DNA of 64,000 nucleotides from contig OZ241986.1 of the NCBI GenBank assembly GCA_965204375.1, positions 1,632,001-1,696,000 of the forward strand, given 5' to 3'. This stretch comes from Candidatus Latescibacterota bacterium. GTDB taxonomy: Bacteria; Latescibacterota; UBA2968. This document shows positions 40,837-50,851 of the stretch, piece after piece (position 1 is the stretch's first letter; the number at the start of each line of letters is the position of its first letter). The notes beneath the pieces are model-generated. The model searched no databases. It saw only the letters and a list, made by a program, of their open reading frames with translations, and was not told the origin of the DNA. Position numbers and translations under genes: made by a program.

Positions 40837-42349
40837 AACTTATATTTTACGTGAACCACATGGACGGGATGCGGTCGAACAACTCGCGTCCGAGCGCCTG
40901 CTACCTGTATCTGAAATTGAGAATACGGTGCGGTATTTCGACACGTTTGACTGGCGGTTGTATAAAAAGGGACTCGCGCTGATACAAACGGGAAGCACGG
41001 TGTATTTGCAGCGAATTGTAGATGGAGAATACCCCTTGGTACACGATCAAATCGAAATGAAACAACGTATAGAAGGCCGTTTCTGGTGGATGTTTCCAGA
41101 AGGCAAATTGCGCGACACATTGCAAGATGCGCTCTCAGTTCGGGCGCTGTTATTTCGAGCGCAGGTGACGCAGAAAGTTTGCGGATTTGGCGTTTTGAAT
41201 GCAGATGAAAAGACCGTTGTCCGGTTGTTTCTCACGCATACCAACGTAGAAAACAGACATGTTGCGACTTTGACATTGCGAAGCGTGCGGGGATATGAGC
41301 GCGATTTTGAGAATTTGCGCCGTCGTTTTCTGAAATTGGATGTTGCACAGGCGGCAGAGGATGTATTTGAGCGCGTGATGAGTCTCGCAGGGTGCGTGCC
41401 GGGTGATTATTCTTCAAAGCTCAATCTTGGCCTGAATCACGAGGCGAGTGGGCGCGAGGCAACATGTGAGATTTTGAAATGCCTGCACGATGTGATGCGC
41501 CAAAATGAAACGGGCATTCGCGCGGATTGGGATACGGAATTTTTGCACGATTTTCGGGTTGCAATTCGGCGCACGCGGTCTGCACTGACTCAAATCAAAG
41601 GCGTTTTGCCCGAAGATGCTGTAGCACACTTTAAGGATGAGTTTCGGCAATTGGGCAGATCAACCAATCGGTTGCGAGATCTGGACGTGTATTTACTCGA
41701 AGAAGAGACTTATCGCGCCATGTTGCCCTGGTCACTGCAACCCGGGCTGGACGCCGTATTTTCGCGCTTAAAAAGCGAGCGTCGGCGTGCCCTTAAAGAC
41801 ATGGTGCAGGTTCTCGATACTCCTGAATATCGGGACCTGATGGATTCATGGGCGGCTTTTTTACGGGGCGCACAGTCTCGGGGGGGGAAGGACGCCGCGG
41901 TACCTGCTATAGTCCTTGCGCGAAAATTTATTTTTAAGCGTTTTAAGCAAGTGCTCAAAAGGGGCAAGACGATCGGAGACGACACGCCCGATGAGGCATT
42001 GCACGATTTGCGAATCGACTGCAAAAAATTGCGATATTTGTTAGAATTTTTCGCCTCGTTTTTTCCTAAAGATAAGATGGATAAACTCATCGGGTCTATG
42101 AAGAAATTGCAGGATAATCTGGGAGATTTTAACGATTTATCGGTACAACAGTGGGAATTGACGACCTATTTGAACGAGGTATTGCCCCGCAGCCGGCGTG
42201 CGGACCGCCTGCTTTGTGCTGCGGCTGTTGGCGGACTTATTGCGCGTTTGCACGACCAGCAGCAAACTGTTCGACGCGAATTTGCCAGTGCGTTTGCCGT
42301 TTATGCGAAAAAGAAAAATGTTCGTTTGTACCGCGATTTATTTGGATAG
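40820..42349 (+). CDS. CHAD domain protein
   Basis: YFDTFDWRL, LHDFRVAIRRTRS, RDLDV, LHDLRIDCKKLRY, LQDNLGDFND. Confidence 0.92.
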   Translation: MITRSETYILREPHGRDAVEQLASERLLPVSEIENTVRYFDTFDWRLYKKGLALIQTGSTVYLQRIVDGEYPLVHDQIEMKQRIEGRFWWMFPEGKLRDTLQDALSVRALLFRAQVTQKVCGFGVLNADEKTVVRLFLTHTNVENRHVATLTLRSVRGYERDFENLRRRFLKLDVAQAAEDVFERVMSLAGCVPGDYSSKLNLGLNHEASGREATCEILKCLHDVMRQNETGIRADWDTEFLHDFRVAIRRTRSALTQIKGVLPEDAVAHFKDEFRQLGRSTNRLRDLDVYLLEEETYRAMLPWSLQPGLDAVFSRLKSERRRALKDMVQVLDTPEYRDLMDSWAAFLRGAQSRGGKDAAVPAIVLARKFIFKRFKQVLKRGKTIGDDTPDEALHDLRIDCKKLRYLLEFFASFFPKDKMDKLIGSMKKLQDNLGDFNDLSVQQWELTTYLNEVLPRSRRADRLLCAAAVGGLIARLHDQQQTVRREFASAFAVYAKKKNVRLYRDLFG

Positions 42350-42371
42350 TGAATTTTATTGAGGAGCGGGT

Positions 42372-43112
42372 GTGAGTATCTTTGCGTTGTACAGCATGAA
42401 AGGTGGCGTAGGGAAGACCGCCGCCGCTGTGAATCTGGCTTATGAAGCGGTTCGTTCTGGTGCGACCGCATTGCTGTGCGATTTAGACCCTCAAGGGGCT
42501 GCGGCTTTTTATTTTCGCATTCGAGCAAAAAAAAAATTTGGACGCAAGCGTTTCTTGAAGGGCGGCAAGCACTTAGAGAATAATATTCGGGGGACGGACT
42601 TTGAAGGTCTGGACTTATTGCCTTCGGCCATGTCTTTTCGCAATATGGATTTGGGGTTGGACGATCGGGCAAAAAACAAAAGCTATTTGAAGCGTCTGTT
42701 GACGCCGATGAGGAAAGAGTACGATTATATTTTTTTAGATTGCCCGCCCAACCTGACGCTCCTTGCCGAGCATGTTTTCAGGGCGGCCGATTATGTGGTT
42801 GTTCCGTGTATTCCGACAACTCTGTCGATGTTGACACATCAAAAGCTGGTAGAGTTCTTTAAAAAAAATAAATTGAAGCGCAAGACAATAGTGTCGTTTT
42901 TTTCAATGGTTGAACAGCGCAAGACAATGCACAGGGAAATGATCGCACAGGTGGGCGAGCGCGAGGGAAAATTTCTGAACGCGCAAATTCCTTACACGAC
43001 GGATGTGGAACGGATGGGATGGACGAGACAACCCGTAGCATGCTTCAAGTCGCGTTCAAAGGCAACTCAGGCGTATCGGGAATTGTGGACAGAATTGCAA
43101 ATGCTTGGATGA
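42372..43112 (+). CDS. ParA/Soj family ATPase
   Basis: KGGVGKT, DLDPQG, LDCPP. Confidence 0.92.
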   Translation: MSIFALYSMKGGVGKTAAAVNLAYEAVRSGATALLCDLDPQGAAAFYFRIRAKKKFGRKRFLKGGKHLENNIRGTDFEGLDLLPSAMSFRNMDLGLDDRAKNKSYLKRLLTPMRKEYDYIFLDCPPNLTLLAEHVFRAADYVVVPCIPTTLSMLTHQKLVEFFKKNKLKRKTIVSFFSMVEQRKTMHREMIAQVGEREGKFLNAQIPYTTDVERMGWTRQPVACFKSRSKATQAYRELWTELQMLG

Positions 43113-43200
43113 ATAGACGAATAGACGAATAGACGAATAGACGAATAGACGACCCCCTCCTCACCACCCAAAATCAGTGCGAATTCGTAGATTTGTTTGC
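43111..43200 (+). repeat. (GAATAGAC)x5 plus conserved tail; REP-like copy A
   Basis: Five exact 8-mers at 43111-43150, then GACCCCCTCCTCACCACCCAAAATCAGT. Confidence 0.8.
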
Positions 43201-43212
43201 AGCCAATAACAA

Positions 43213-43242
43213 AACCCCCCGACAAGTTTTTGTCGGGGGGTT
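43213..43242 (-). terminator. intrinsic terminator of tonB (possibly bidirectional)
   Basis: AACCCCCCGACA...TGTCGGGGGGTT stem between convergent genes. Confidence 0.8.
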
Positions 43243-43260
43243 GGTGTTTGCGTTCGTAAA

Positions 43261-43947
43261 TTATCGACTAATTCGGAAACGTATGGGTATGACGAGATAG
43301 ACTTTAACAGGTCTATCATTTTGACGGGCTGGCTTAAAACGATATTGATTAACGGACTGAAGGGCCGCTTTGTAAAAAATTTCTTTGCCTTTGACAGCAA
43401 CGGCCTGTTCGACTACTCCGGCTTTGTCAACCAGTATTTTCAAGTGAACGGTGCCTTCAATACCCGCCTTGAGGGCGACCGGGGGATATACTGGTGCTAC
43501 GCGATGGAGGAGCACGGGTTTTTCTTCGACCATGAAATATTCGAGTATCTCTTCTTCTGGTTCTTCTATTACAGCAGTCTCACCAGGGGGTGGAGGCACA
43601 TGGAGGTCGACCTTATCGAAATCGAGGTCGGTAGTTTCAATAGTGACGTCGTCGGGCACATCCTCGCTTTCGGTTGCAATGGGAATAGACGGCCGTGGCG
43701 GTGGCGGCGCGCGGTGAATTTGACGGGTTTCCGGTATATCGACGGTCTCAATGACGATGGTGCGTCGCTCTATTTTACGCGTGCCGGCTGTGAATGTGGG
43801 AAACATAATCCCCACACCCACATGCAAGATGAATGCAATCACCATGCTGATGCGAAATACGCGCTTATAAGTGCGTTTGAGATCACAATCTGGATTTTTG
43901 GTACGCGGAATTTCGGGCGTAATCAACTGATCTGATTTTTCGTTCAT
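43261..43947 (-). CDS. tonB: energy transducer TonB
   Basis: N-terminal TM, Pro-rich linker, P.YP..A..GIEG.V, F.PA.Q...V. Confidence 0.9.
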   Translation of the reverse strand: MNEKSDQLITPEIPRTKNPDCDLKRTYKRVFRISMVIAFILHVGVGIMFPTFTAGTRKIERRTIVIETVDIPETRQIHRAPPPPRPSIPIATESEDVPDDVTIETTDLDFDKVDLHVPPPPGETAVIEEPEEEILEYFMVEEKPVLLHRVAPVYPPVALKAGIEGTVHLKILVDKAGVVEQAVAVKGKEIFYKAALQSVNQYRFKPARQNDRPVKVYLVIPIRFRISR

Positions 43948-44173
43948 GATTCTTCTCGACAGAAAGAATTGCGGGCTTATGTGATTGAGCGTTTAGCTTG
44001 TTTTGCTGACTGCTGGCCGCTTATACCTACCTATCTATAAATTTTAACACCGCCGTAACAGAAAGGCAAGGTATTTTTGCAAGACCCTATTTGACAAACT
44101 GCTTGTTTATTCATGGTTCATATCAATATATTGAAGCCTGTTAATCAATTATTACCTTTCTCGTGGTACAAAA

Positions 44174-45712
44174 ATGGGAAACCGCTTCTCTCATTTGCTA
44201 TTTATGTGTGCTATGGGCCTTCTGACCGGATGTTATAACCCCCAACGCGATCTGAGTATAGACCCATACAATACACCGCTTATCCACATTCTCGATGCCT
44301 CCTATAATGTTGAGGATAACACCTGGGGAGTGGTCACTGTGCAGTGGGAGTATCTCGGGCAGAAGCGCGTTGAGAACTTTGTCCTCCAGCGTCGAGATAT
44401 TTCCGGTTTTAGAAATATTGAGCTTTCTTCCGGTGCCGATGCCAATGGTAAATACGCGACTGTGGGTGCATTTCGAGACGAAAAACTGATTGCTGGCGAG
44501 CTCCTGCAATACCGCGTGGTTGCCGAACATAGTGAGGGTGGCCTGGTGAGTACTTCTGCTGTTGAAGTTCCTATCCCGGGTGCTGGTTTGCGCGAAGTTC
44601 GGCGCGCCCCCATTGCTCTTGCCGTGCAACTCGTCTGGCATGATGAGGGAAACACGGCAAGAAGTTATGAAATTCTGCGGACGCCTGAAGGTGGTGATAA
44701 AAAAATTCTTGCCGTCATACAAAGCCGTGCACAGACCTCCTTTTGGGATCGGTCAATTTCCGACAACCGCTCTTATACTTATGCCATAAGGTCTATGCGT
44801 GTCTCAAGGTCTCCCCTTTCGACGGATGTGCGGCTCACAAGTCGCAGTGTGAGCGTGCAATTTTATCGCGAGGTAGGACGGCACGTCGTTGAAACTCTAA
44901 GCGGGACAAACGAGCGGATGAGGCTTGCAGCAGCAGATTCCGATGGCGAAGCCGACATGCTCGCCCTGATTGTTCGCCCCAATCAGATTTCGCTTTCTCG
45001 CCTGCGACATACCCTGAGTGTCGATATTTCCAATACGCTATCGCGCCATCTGGTCGGGACTTCTTTTCCGCGATTGAACGACCTCGTGTCGCAATCGGTG
45101 GATCTGGCTGGACCTTCGCTTGCTGGAAGAGGTGCTCTTCAACGCGCTTATATCGGCGGTCTGGATCGGGCCGGGCGCGTTGTAGTAGTGGGTATCGAAC
45201 TGATAAATAATAACACGGTGTGGCGTATTCCCGACAATTGGGTAAGCGCGTCTTCGCATGTGCGATTGGCCCAGGACGATCAACAGCGGATTTATATTGC
45301 GACAGGCGGACAATTACGCGTCTATTCTGCCGCGGGTTCTCCTGTGGGCACTTTCGATCTCGAAGAGGATCCCGTGGATATCGCAGTTTACAATGGTGTT
45401 ATCTGGGCCGCATGGACAAATGGGATTCAACGGGGAGTTTTGCGCTTTTCGAATGATGTCCTCAGTGATATTACATGGGATGTGCTACATTCTCAGATCG
45501 AACCGCGCGCTTTAACGCTCAATACCGCGGGACAGGTTTTTGTATTGGATCGCCTACAAGTGCGCGTGTTTCAGGCAAATGGAGAAGACCTTCTCTCATG
45601 GGCACTGCCTTCAAGCGCACTCTCAGCAGGTGATCTAACTATCGGCGGATCGGGCAGAAATTTTGTCCATCTTTCAGATGAAAGTGGGGGAGTCATAACG
45701 TATGTACCGTAG
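44174..45712 (+). CDS. lipoprotein with FN3-like and beta-propeller-like regions
   Basis: LTGC lipobox; YRVVA and YTYAI FN3-like strands; NHL-like C-terminus. Confidence 0.7.
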   Translation: MGNRFSHLLFMCAMGLLTGCYNPQRDLSIDPYNTPLIHILDASYNVEDNTWGVVTVQWEYLGQKRVENFVLQRRDISGFRNIELSSGADANGKYATVGAFRDEKLIAGELLQYRVVAEHSEGGLVSTSAVEVPIPGAGLREVRRAPIALAVQLVWHDEGNTARSYEILRTPEGGDKKILAVIQSRAQTSFWDRSISDNRSYTYAIRSMRVSRSPLSTDVRLTSRSVSVQFYREVGRHVVETLSGTNERMRLAAADSDGEADMLALIVRPNQISLSRLRHTLSVDISNTLSRHLVGTSFPRLNDLVSQSVDLAGPSLAGRGALQRAYIGGLDRAGRVVVVGIELINNNTVWRIPDNWVSASSHVRLAQDDQQRIYIATGGQLRVYSAAGSPVGTFDLEEDPVDIAVYNGVIWAAWTNGIQRGVLRFSNDVLSDITWDVLHSQIEPRALTLNTAGQVFVLDRLQVRVFQANGEDLLSWALPSSALSAGDLTIGGSGRNFVHLSDESGGVITYVP

Positions 45713-46478
45713 TCTATTGGTCTGGGTGTTGTTTTGTCTGGCGATGGGGTCGGCATGGGCGAATGACCAGAAAATTATTGAAAAAGCGCAGGCCGCCTAT
45801 CGCGCAGGTGATTACGCCAGCGCATTTGAGACGCTCTCTCATCTTCCGAGCTTGTTGGGCGTAGTGCCTTTGTTCGATAGACCGCAGCAAAGTCGAAGAG
45901 CCGAGATCTTTTTTGATCTGGGGCGTATTCACATGGCTTCTGGCGATACGACTCGTGCCCGTCTGGTACTTGTCGAGGTATTTCACCTGGATCCAGAGGT
46001 CAACGAGGGTATTATGGACATTCCCTCCGATCAGGCACTTGCAGATACACGGACGTTGCTTTCGGGCATGCGCCGCATAACGTTGCGACAAAACCTTGGA
46101 AAAACCACGTTTTGGGGTGCTGCGAGCCGCTCGCTGCTCTTGCCGGGTTGGGGACAGTTGTACCGCGGACACAAAAAACGGGGGTATGTTTTTATGGGGA
46201 CTTCAGCAGTGCTCGCAGCGGTCTGGCTTGTGAGCGATATATCCTATCGCAGTGCATATAATACCTACCGCGGTACGCGTCTGAGTGATTTGCAACTGGG
46301 GCAACCCATAGCAGGTACGGATTCCGATGCGTTTACGCGCAATTTTGAACGCGTGGAATCTCGCGCGGGACGGGCCAATCTCGTCCTGGGCTTGCTCGCG
46401 GCGGTCTGGTTATCCAGTGTATTGGATCATCTGGTGATTGGGCCAGCTCAAGTTTCCCTGTCAGTGCCCATAAATTGA
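45702..46478 (+). CDS. TPR + DUF5683-like membrane protein
   Basis: Signal peptide, TPR-like helices, RSLLLPGWGQLY. Confidence 0.75.
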   Translation: MYRSLLVWVLFCLAMGSAWANDQKIIEKAQAAYRAGDYASAFETLSHLPSLLGVVPLFDRPQQSRRAEIFFDLGRIHMASGDTTRARLVLVEVFHLDPEVNEGIMDIPSDQALADTRTLLSGMRRITLRQNLGKTTFWGAASRSLLLPGWGQLYRGHKKRGYVFMGTSAVLAAVWLVSDISYRSAYNTYRGTRLSDLQLGQPIAGTDSDAFTRNFERVESRAGRANLVLGLLAAVWLSSVLDHLVIGPAQVSLSVPIN

Positions 46479-46490
46479 GGGAGGCCGGGT

Positions 46491-49400
46491 TTGAGGCTAT
46501 TGCTGAGACAAAAAATATTCTATCGGGTATATCTTTATGTACTGGTTGGGTTGCTGTCGCCAGCCAGTGCTTTTTCTCAATCACCAGCCACCTTCCGATT
46601 GGCAATCGCGCCCTTTTATTCTCCTTACAATGGCGATTACGGCGTCTATATGGCCGATCGCATCGCCTATGAACTCCATCGCCGTGCTTATGTGCCAGCT
46701 CTGGGAAGGGCGCGGTTTGTTTTAATAGAAACCGATGTGCCGATGGGGGAAATAGATCAGACAGATAGACAGCTTTCTCCCGATCTACGCGAGTTCCTTA
46801 GCAAAAGGGTTCCCGCCTCTTATCTCTTGACGGGTTCTGTAGCGTTTACAGGGATTTATTTGATCAAACTCAAACTCATTGATCTTCGGACGGGTATGAT
46901 TGTCTGGACTGGCGATGTGCGGGACAATCCGGCATGGGTATGGACGCGAGCGCATCGATCTGTGGGAGAGATCCCCACTGTTGAAGTGCGATCTTCGCTT
47001 GGATTTGGTGAAGCGGAAACACCTGTACCTGCGCCAGAGGCGGAGCATTTGCCGCATCATATCCTCCTGCAACCGATCCATACTACGGATTATTTGCCTC
47101 TGGCTGCCGATTGTGAAATGCATCTTAAAAATGCGATTCAGCGCGATGGCCTGTTTTCTCTCGTGCCAGGGACATTAAAAGGAAAACAGGGGCGCGAGCG
47201 GTTTTCTCGCATCAGTCCCGATTTGCGCCGGGAAGCATCAGAAACAACGCTTGCAGAAGCCATCCTGACGGGCAGCTTACTCGTGCTGGGCAAAGATGGC
47301 GCAACAGACAATATCGGCCTGGTATTGCGTTTGGTTGAAGTGGAGACCGGACAAATTCTCTGGATGGGGTCTTCAACCGGGCGAAGGGTCTGGAGATGGG
47401 ACAAAGTGGCGGATATTGTATCCGCGACCATGGGGCGGCTCGGTGAAGATCTTTCGCAGTACGGGGCAGGAGCAGCAGAAACGCAGATTGCAGCGTTGCG
47501 CGACCTGGCAAAAGATGGGAAATCGTGGAGTGTGCTCGGTCATGCCTATCTCGAGCGGGGATTGCTCAAGCAGGCTGAAGAAGCATTTGAAAAAGCTGTG
47601 ATTTTTCCCGATGCGCCGGCACAGGCGCGCGCGGGAAAAGGGCTGGTACTGCTGAGGCGGGGTGGGTATTTCGATGACGGGGTGCAAGCACTCAGATCTG
47701 CAATTCGATCTGATCCAGATTATCTGGATGCGTACAGCTTTTTAGCACAAGCTCTTCTCGACCAAGGGATGGTCGATGGCGTTAAAATTGCCGAAAACGC
47801 CATTCGGCGCGATTCGACATATCTCCCGCCATACCGCGTGCTGGGCGATTGGTATGCAGATCGCGAAGACCACCAAAGATCCCGGGCATTTTACCAAGCG
47901 TATTTGACGCGCAATCCCGACGACGAAGTCGCTGTGCGGCTGGGTAGAAGTCTGTTGCAGTTAAAAAATTATCGGGATATCGACCGTTTTGTCGCACCCA
48001 TCGCACGCGAAAAACCCGAAGCCTCGCATTTGTTGCCCATTATGGCAATCAAAGCACTACGGGTGAAGCGCTACGAGGAATCGACCCAATTATTCGAGCG
48101 ATTCCTCGCGCAAATTGACGCGCGTGAACGCCAGCTTTACGATGATATTCGGGTACTATTGTCAGAGGAGGAAATAGAGATTTACCACGCGCTTGACGAT
48201 GTGGAAAAGAAAAAGTATGTGGCGCGGTTTTGGCGTGCAAAAAATCCGAATTTGTCCAGCGCGTACAACGAGCGCCAACTGGCGCACTACGAACGGGTCT
48301 GGACGGCGCGCTGGGCATTTGGGCGGGAAAATTATCCCTGGGATCGGCGTGGTGAAGTCTATATCCGCTATGGTGAACCCGATTACCGCGCCCGATCGGG
48401 ATGGGTTTCCTCGCTGCCTTCAACACGCGTGCAGGAGGTGAAGGAAAAGGTGTACAGAGAATTGTATCGGGATCCCAATGACAGTGAATTGATTGGTCCG
48501 GTTTTTCCCATTCGGAGCGATCGCGGGTTTGCTGCTGAACGCGAAAGGCAGGTAATCGATATTCCCGATCAGAGTACCTTTGCCCCGGTTGAAGGACGCC
48601 GCGAAGAAACCACTCGCAGCGACCCTTCTCAGGAAGCTTACGCGCCTGTTACCATGCAACACGACCGCAGTATCGTGCCCTGGGAGTCGTGGGTCTATAC
48701 CGAGGTAGATGGCGGCATAGTCATCGATTTTACACGCGAATTGGGTGGTGTCTCCGGGTTTGATTTCGCGCCTATTCCGCCCATTCCGCCCACTATGCTC
48801 AGAGACAATATTCGCATTGCCGAACACGCCCCGGCAATTCGCTACAAAAATGCTACCGTGAACCAGCCCGACGAATTTCGCAGAGCACCTCGTTTGTCGC
48901 TGGGCACTTTTTATTTTGATCTGGCGGACTTTCGGGGCAGTACAGGCAAAACCCGGGTGGATATTATGTATGGCATACCACTTGAAAATTTGCTCGCCGT
49001 TACAGATGGGCAACAGCCCCAGGTGGTACTTGAGCACGCGGTTGCGCTGGCCGATTCGGCGTATCGCATGGTGTATCGAAACGCGCAAAAAGTGCAGCAT
49101 TTTGTAGATACTTCAAATGTCGCCACTCAGGAAGTCGTGGATATCACGCGCCAAGACGTGCCCGCGGGGATGTATCATCTTACATTGACCGTTACCGATG
49201 TTATGTCCGCGCGGCAAGGGGTGCTCGCGCTCGATGTGGCGATTGATGACTACGGTGAAGAACGGCTTCATATCAGCGATCTTATGCTGGTTAAGAGCAT
49301 GTCGGATACGCTACTCCATACGCGATTTCGAAGGGGGAATTGGCAGGTTGTACCCAATCCTCGGAGGACTGTTCGCGCGCCCAATCCACTCGCGTTTTAT

Positions 49401-49688
49401 TGCGAAGTGTACAATCTGGCAAAAGACGAGTTTGGGCAGACCCGCTATCGCGTGACAACCGCAGTCAAGGTAGAGGAAACAGAGCAGAGGCGTGCGCCGG
49501 GTACTGTTGATCAACCCGAAGTCGCCTTGTCCTATACACAGGTGGGCAATAGCGATTGGGAACGCCTGCCCCTCGAAGTCCATCTCGAACACGCACAGGC
49601 AGGACAAAATCGCCTCTTTGTGATTATTGAGGATCTCGTTGCGGGAACACGGGTGGCAAAAGATACTTTTTTTCAGTATATTCGATGA
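46491..49688 (+). CDS. GWxTD-domain protein with TPR repeats
   Basis: FWRAKNP...NE...HYERV..A, WDRRGEVYIRYGEPD, WESWVY; TPR region. Confidence 0.85.
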   Translation: MRLLLRQKIFYRVYLYVLVGLLSPASAFSQSPATFRLAIAPFYSPYNGDYGVYMADRIAYELHRRAYVPALGRARFVLIETDVPMGEIDQTDRQLSPDLREFLSKRVPASYLLTGSVAFTGIYLIKLKLIDLRTGMIVWTGDVRDNPAWVWTRAHRSVGEIPTVEVRSSLGFGEAETPVPAPEAEHLPHHILLQPIHTTDYLPLAADCEMHLKNAIQRDGLFSLVPGTLKGKQGRERFSRISPDLRREASETTLAEAILTGSLLVLGKDGATDNIGLVLRLVEVETGQILWMGSSTGRRVWRWDKVADIVSATMGRLGEDLSQYGAGAAETQIAALRDLAKDGKSWSVLGHAYLERGLLKQAEEAFEKAVIFPDAPAQARAGKGLVLLRRGGYFDDGVQALRSAIRSDPDYLDAYSFLAQALLDQGMVDGVKIAENAIRRDSTYLPPYRVLGDWYADREDHQRSRAFYQAYLTRNPDDEVAVRLGRSLLQLKNYRDIDRFVAPIAREKPEASHLLPIMAIKALRVKRYEESTQLFERFLAQIDARERQLYDDIRVLLSEEEIEIYHALDDVEKKKYVARFWRAKNPNLSSAYNERQLAHYERVWTARWAFGRENYPWDRRGEVYIRYGEPDYRARSGWVSSLPSTRVQEVKEKVYRELYRDPNDSELIGPVFPIRSDRGFAAERERQVIDIPDQSTFAPVEGRREETTRSDPSQEAYAPVTMQHDRSIVPWESWVYTEVDGGIVIDFTRELGGVSGFDFAPIPPIPPTMLRDNIRIAEHAPAIRYKNATVNQPDEFRRAPRLSLGTFYFDLADFRGSTGKTRVDIMYGIPLENLLAVTDGQQPQVVLEHAVALADSAYRMVYRNAQKVQHFVDTSNVATQEVVDITRQDVPAGMYHLTLTVTDVMSARQGVLALDVAIDDYGEERLHISDLMLVKSMSDTLLHTRFRRGNWQVVPNPRRTVRAPNPLAFYCEVYNLAKDEFGQTRYRVTTAVKVEETEQRRAPGTVDQPEVALSYTQVGNSDWERLPLEVHLEHAQAGQNRLFVIIEDLVAGTRVAKDTFFQYIR

Positions 49689-49700
49689 AGAGAAAAAAGC

Positions 49701-49848
49701 GCGAATCTACGGAACGGGGTACAACTGCGTCAGCAGTTCATCTACGAACCCCGCCCATCCACCTAAAATCAGTATGTACTGCTATTCGTCTATTCGTCTA
49801 TGAACTGGCCTGAGAGTCGGCCAGTTGTACCCCGCTCCGTCTATTCGC
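49701..49848. repeat. palindromic REP/MITE-like element (copy B)
   Basis: GCGAATCTACGGAACGGGGTACAACTG ... CAGTTGTACCCCGCTCCGTCTATTCGC inverted arms; internal GTCTATTC units. Confidence 0.8.
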
Positions 49849-49915
49849 TCGTTTTTTTAGCCGATTGATTGACAGAAATGCGTGCATTGCTTAAGTTTGC
49901 CTGAAGGAGAGGAAA

Positions 49916-50263
49916 ATGGAAAAGCCAGATTTTAGCGAAGATGAGCGCATATTGGCCGTTTTGACGGATAATACCGATATTGAAGCGTTTAACAATCTGA
50001 TGGAACACGCACATGAGCAGGGGGTCAGTGCGGCTGATTTTATTCGCGAAGAACCCAGACGCACCTCTCGAAAGCGCATTCGCAAGCTCTGCCTGAAAAA
50101 TCGCAAGCGATCCCTGCAGGTGATGTTCCAATCCATTATAAAATCGCTGTGGGATCGCCCTGTTACTGACACATCAGTTGTTGAATCCCTGTATGGGATG
50201 CCTCCTCAATTTGGCAAACCCCACCGCAATGGTAGTACCAACAAAAGGAATAAGGGTGAATAA
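49916..50263 (+). CDS. hypothetical protein
   Basis: Strong AGGAGAGG RBS; 115 aa. Confidence 0.7.
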   Translation: MEKPDFSEDERILAVLTDNTDIEAFNNLMEHAHEQGVSAADFIREEPRRTSRKRIRKLCLKNRKRSLQVMFQSIIKSLWDRPVTDTSVVESLYGMPPQFGKPHRNGSTNKRNKGE

Positions 50264-50432
50264 TCCACTGATCCTTCGGGCGCATATTGACGAAATAGAA
50301 GCTCTCAGAGACGATTTGCTGCCCTCTGCAAAACGCGGACAGGACGACGCACGCGAACTCGCGGTTGCCCTACACAAAGTCGCAATGGAAAAACGCGATC
50401 GTTTGCGAGGCCATACTGACGGAAACCCCTGA
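50256..50432 (+). CDS. small hypothetical protein
   Basis: GTG start overlapping the previous ORF; ends 2 nt before ruvX. Confidence 0.55.
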   Translation: MNNPLILRAHIDEIEALRDDLLPSAKRGQDDARELAVALHKVAMEKRDRLRGHTDGNP

Positions 50433-50434
50433 TT

Positions 50435-50845
50435 ATGGCACGGATTTTAGCCGTTGACTTTGGAAGGCGACGAATTGGACTTGCGGTATGCGACGAATTG
50501 CAAATTTCCGTTCGTGGATTGCCCACGCTCAAAGTCCGCAATTTCAATGATAGTGTGGCGCAGGTTGCACAGGTCGCAGGGGATCAGGTAGCAGAGGAAG
50601 TAGTGGTTGGCTTGCCCTTAAACATGGATGGCAGTCGTGGGGAAATGGCGAGTGCTGCAGAAAATTTCGCCTCCCAACTGGCTGTTTTGAGCAACAGGCC
50701 AGTTCGCACGTTTGATGAACGGCTTTCATCGGTGGGTGCAAAACGCGAGTTGCATGCCATGCAGGCTAAGAAACACAAAGGAGAAATAGATCGCCTGGCT
50801 GCTGTATTAATCCTCGAAACCTATTTGCAACACAAAGGAAGATAG
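50435..50845 (+). CDS. ruvX: YqgF/RuvX family nuclease
   Basis: ILAVDFG.RRIGLA, VVGLP.NMDG, DERLSS, ID..AA..IL. Confidence 0.95.
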   Translation: MARILAVDFGRRRIGLAVCDELQISVRGLPTLKVRNFNDSVAQVAQVAGDQVAEEVVVGLPLNMDGSRGEMASAAENFASQLAVLSNRPVRTFDERLSSVGAKRELHAMQAKKHKGEIDRLAAVLILETYLQHKGR

Positions 50846-50851
50846 CCCCTC

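Noticed and set aside
43111-43150. CRISPR array
   Set aside because: 8-nt tandem units with no spacers and no cas genes
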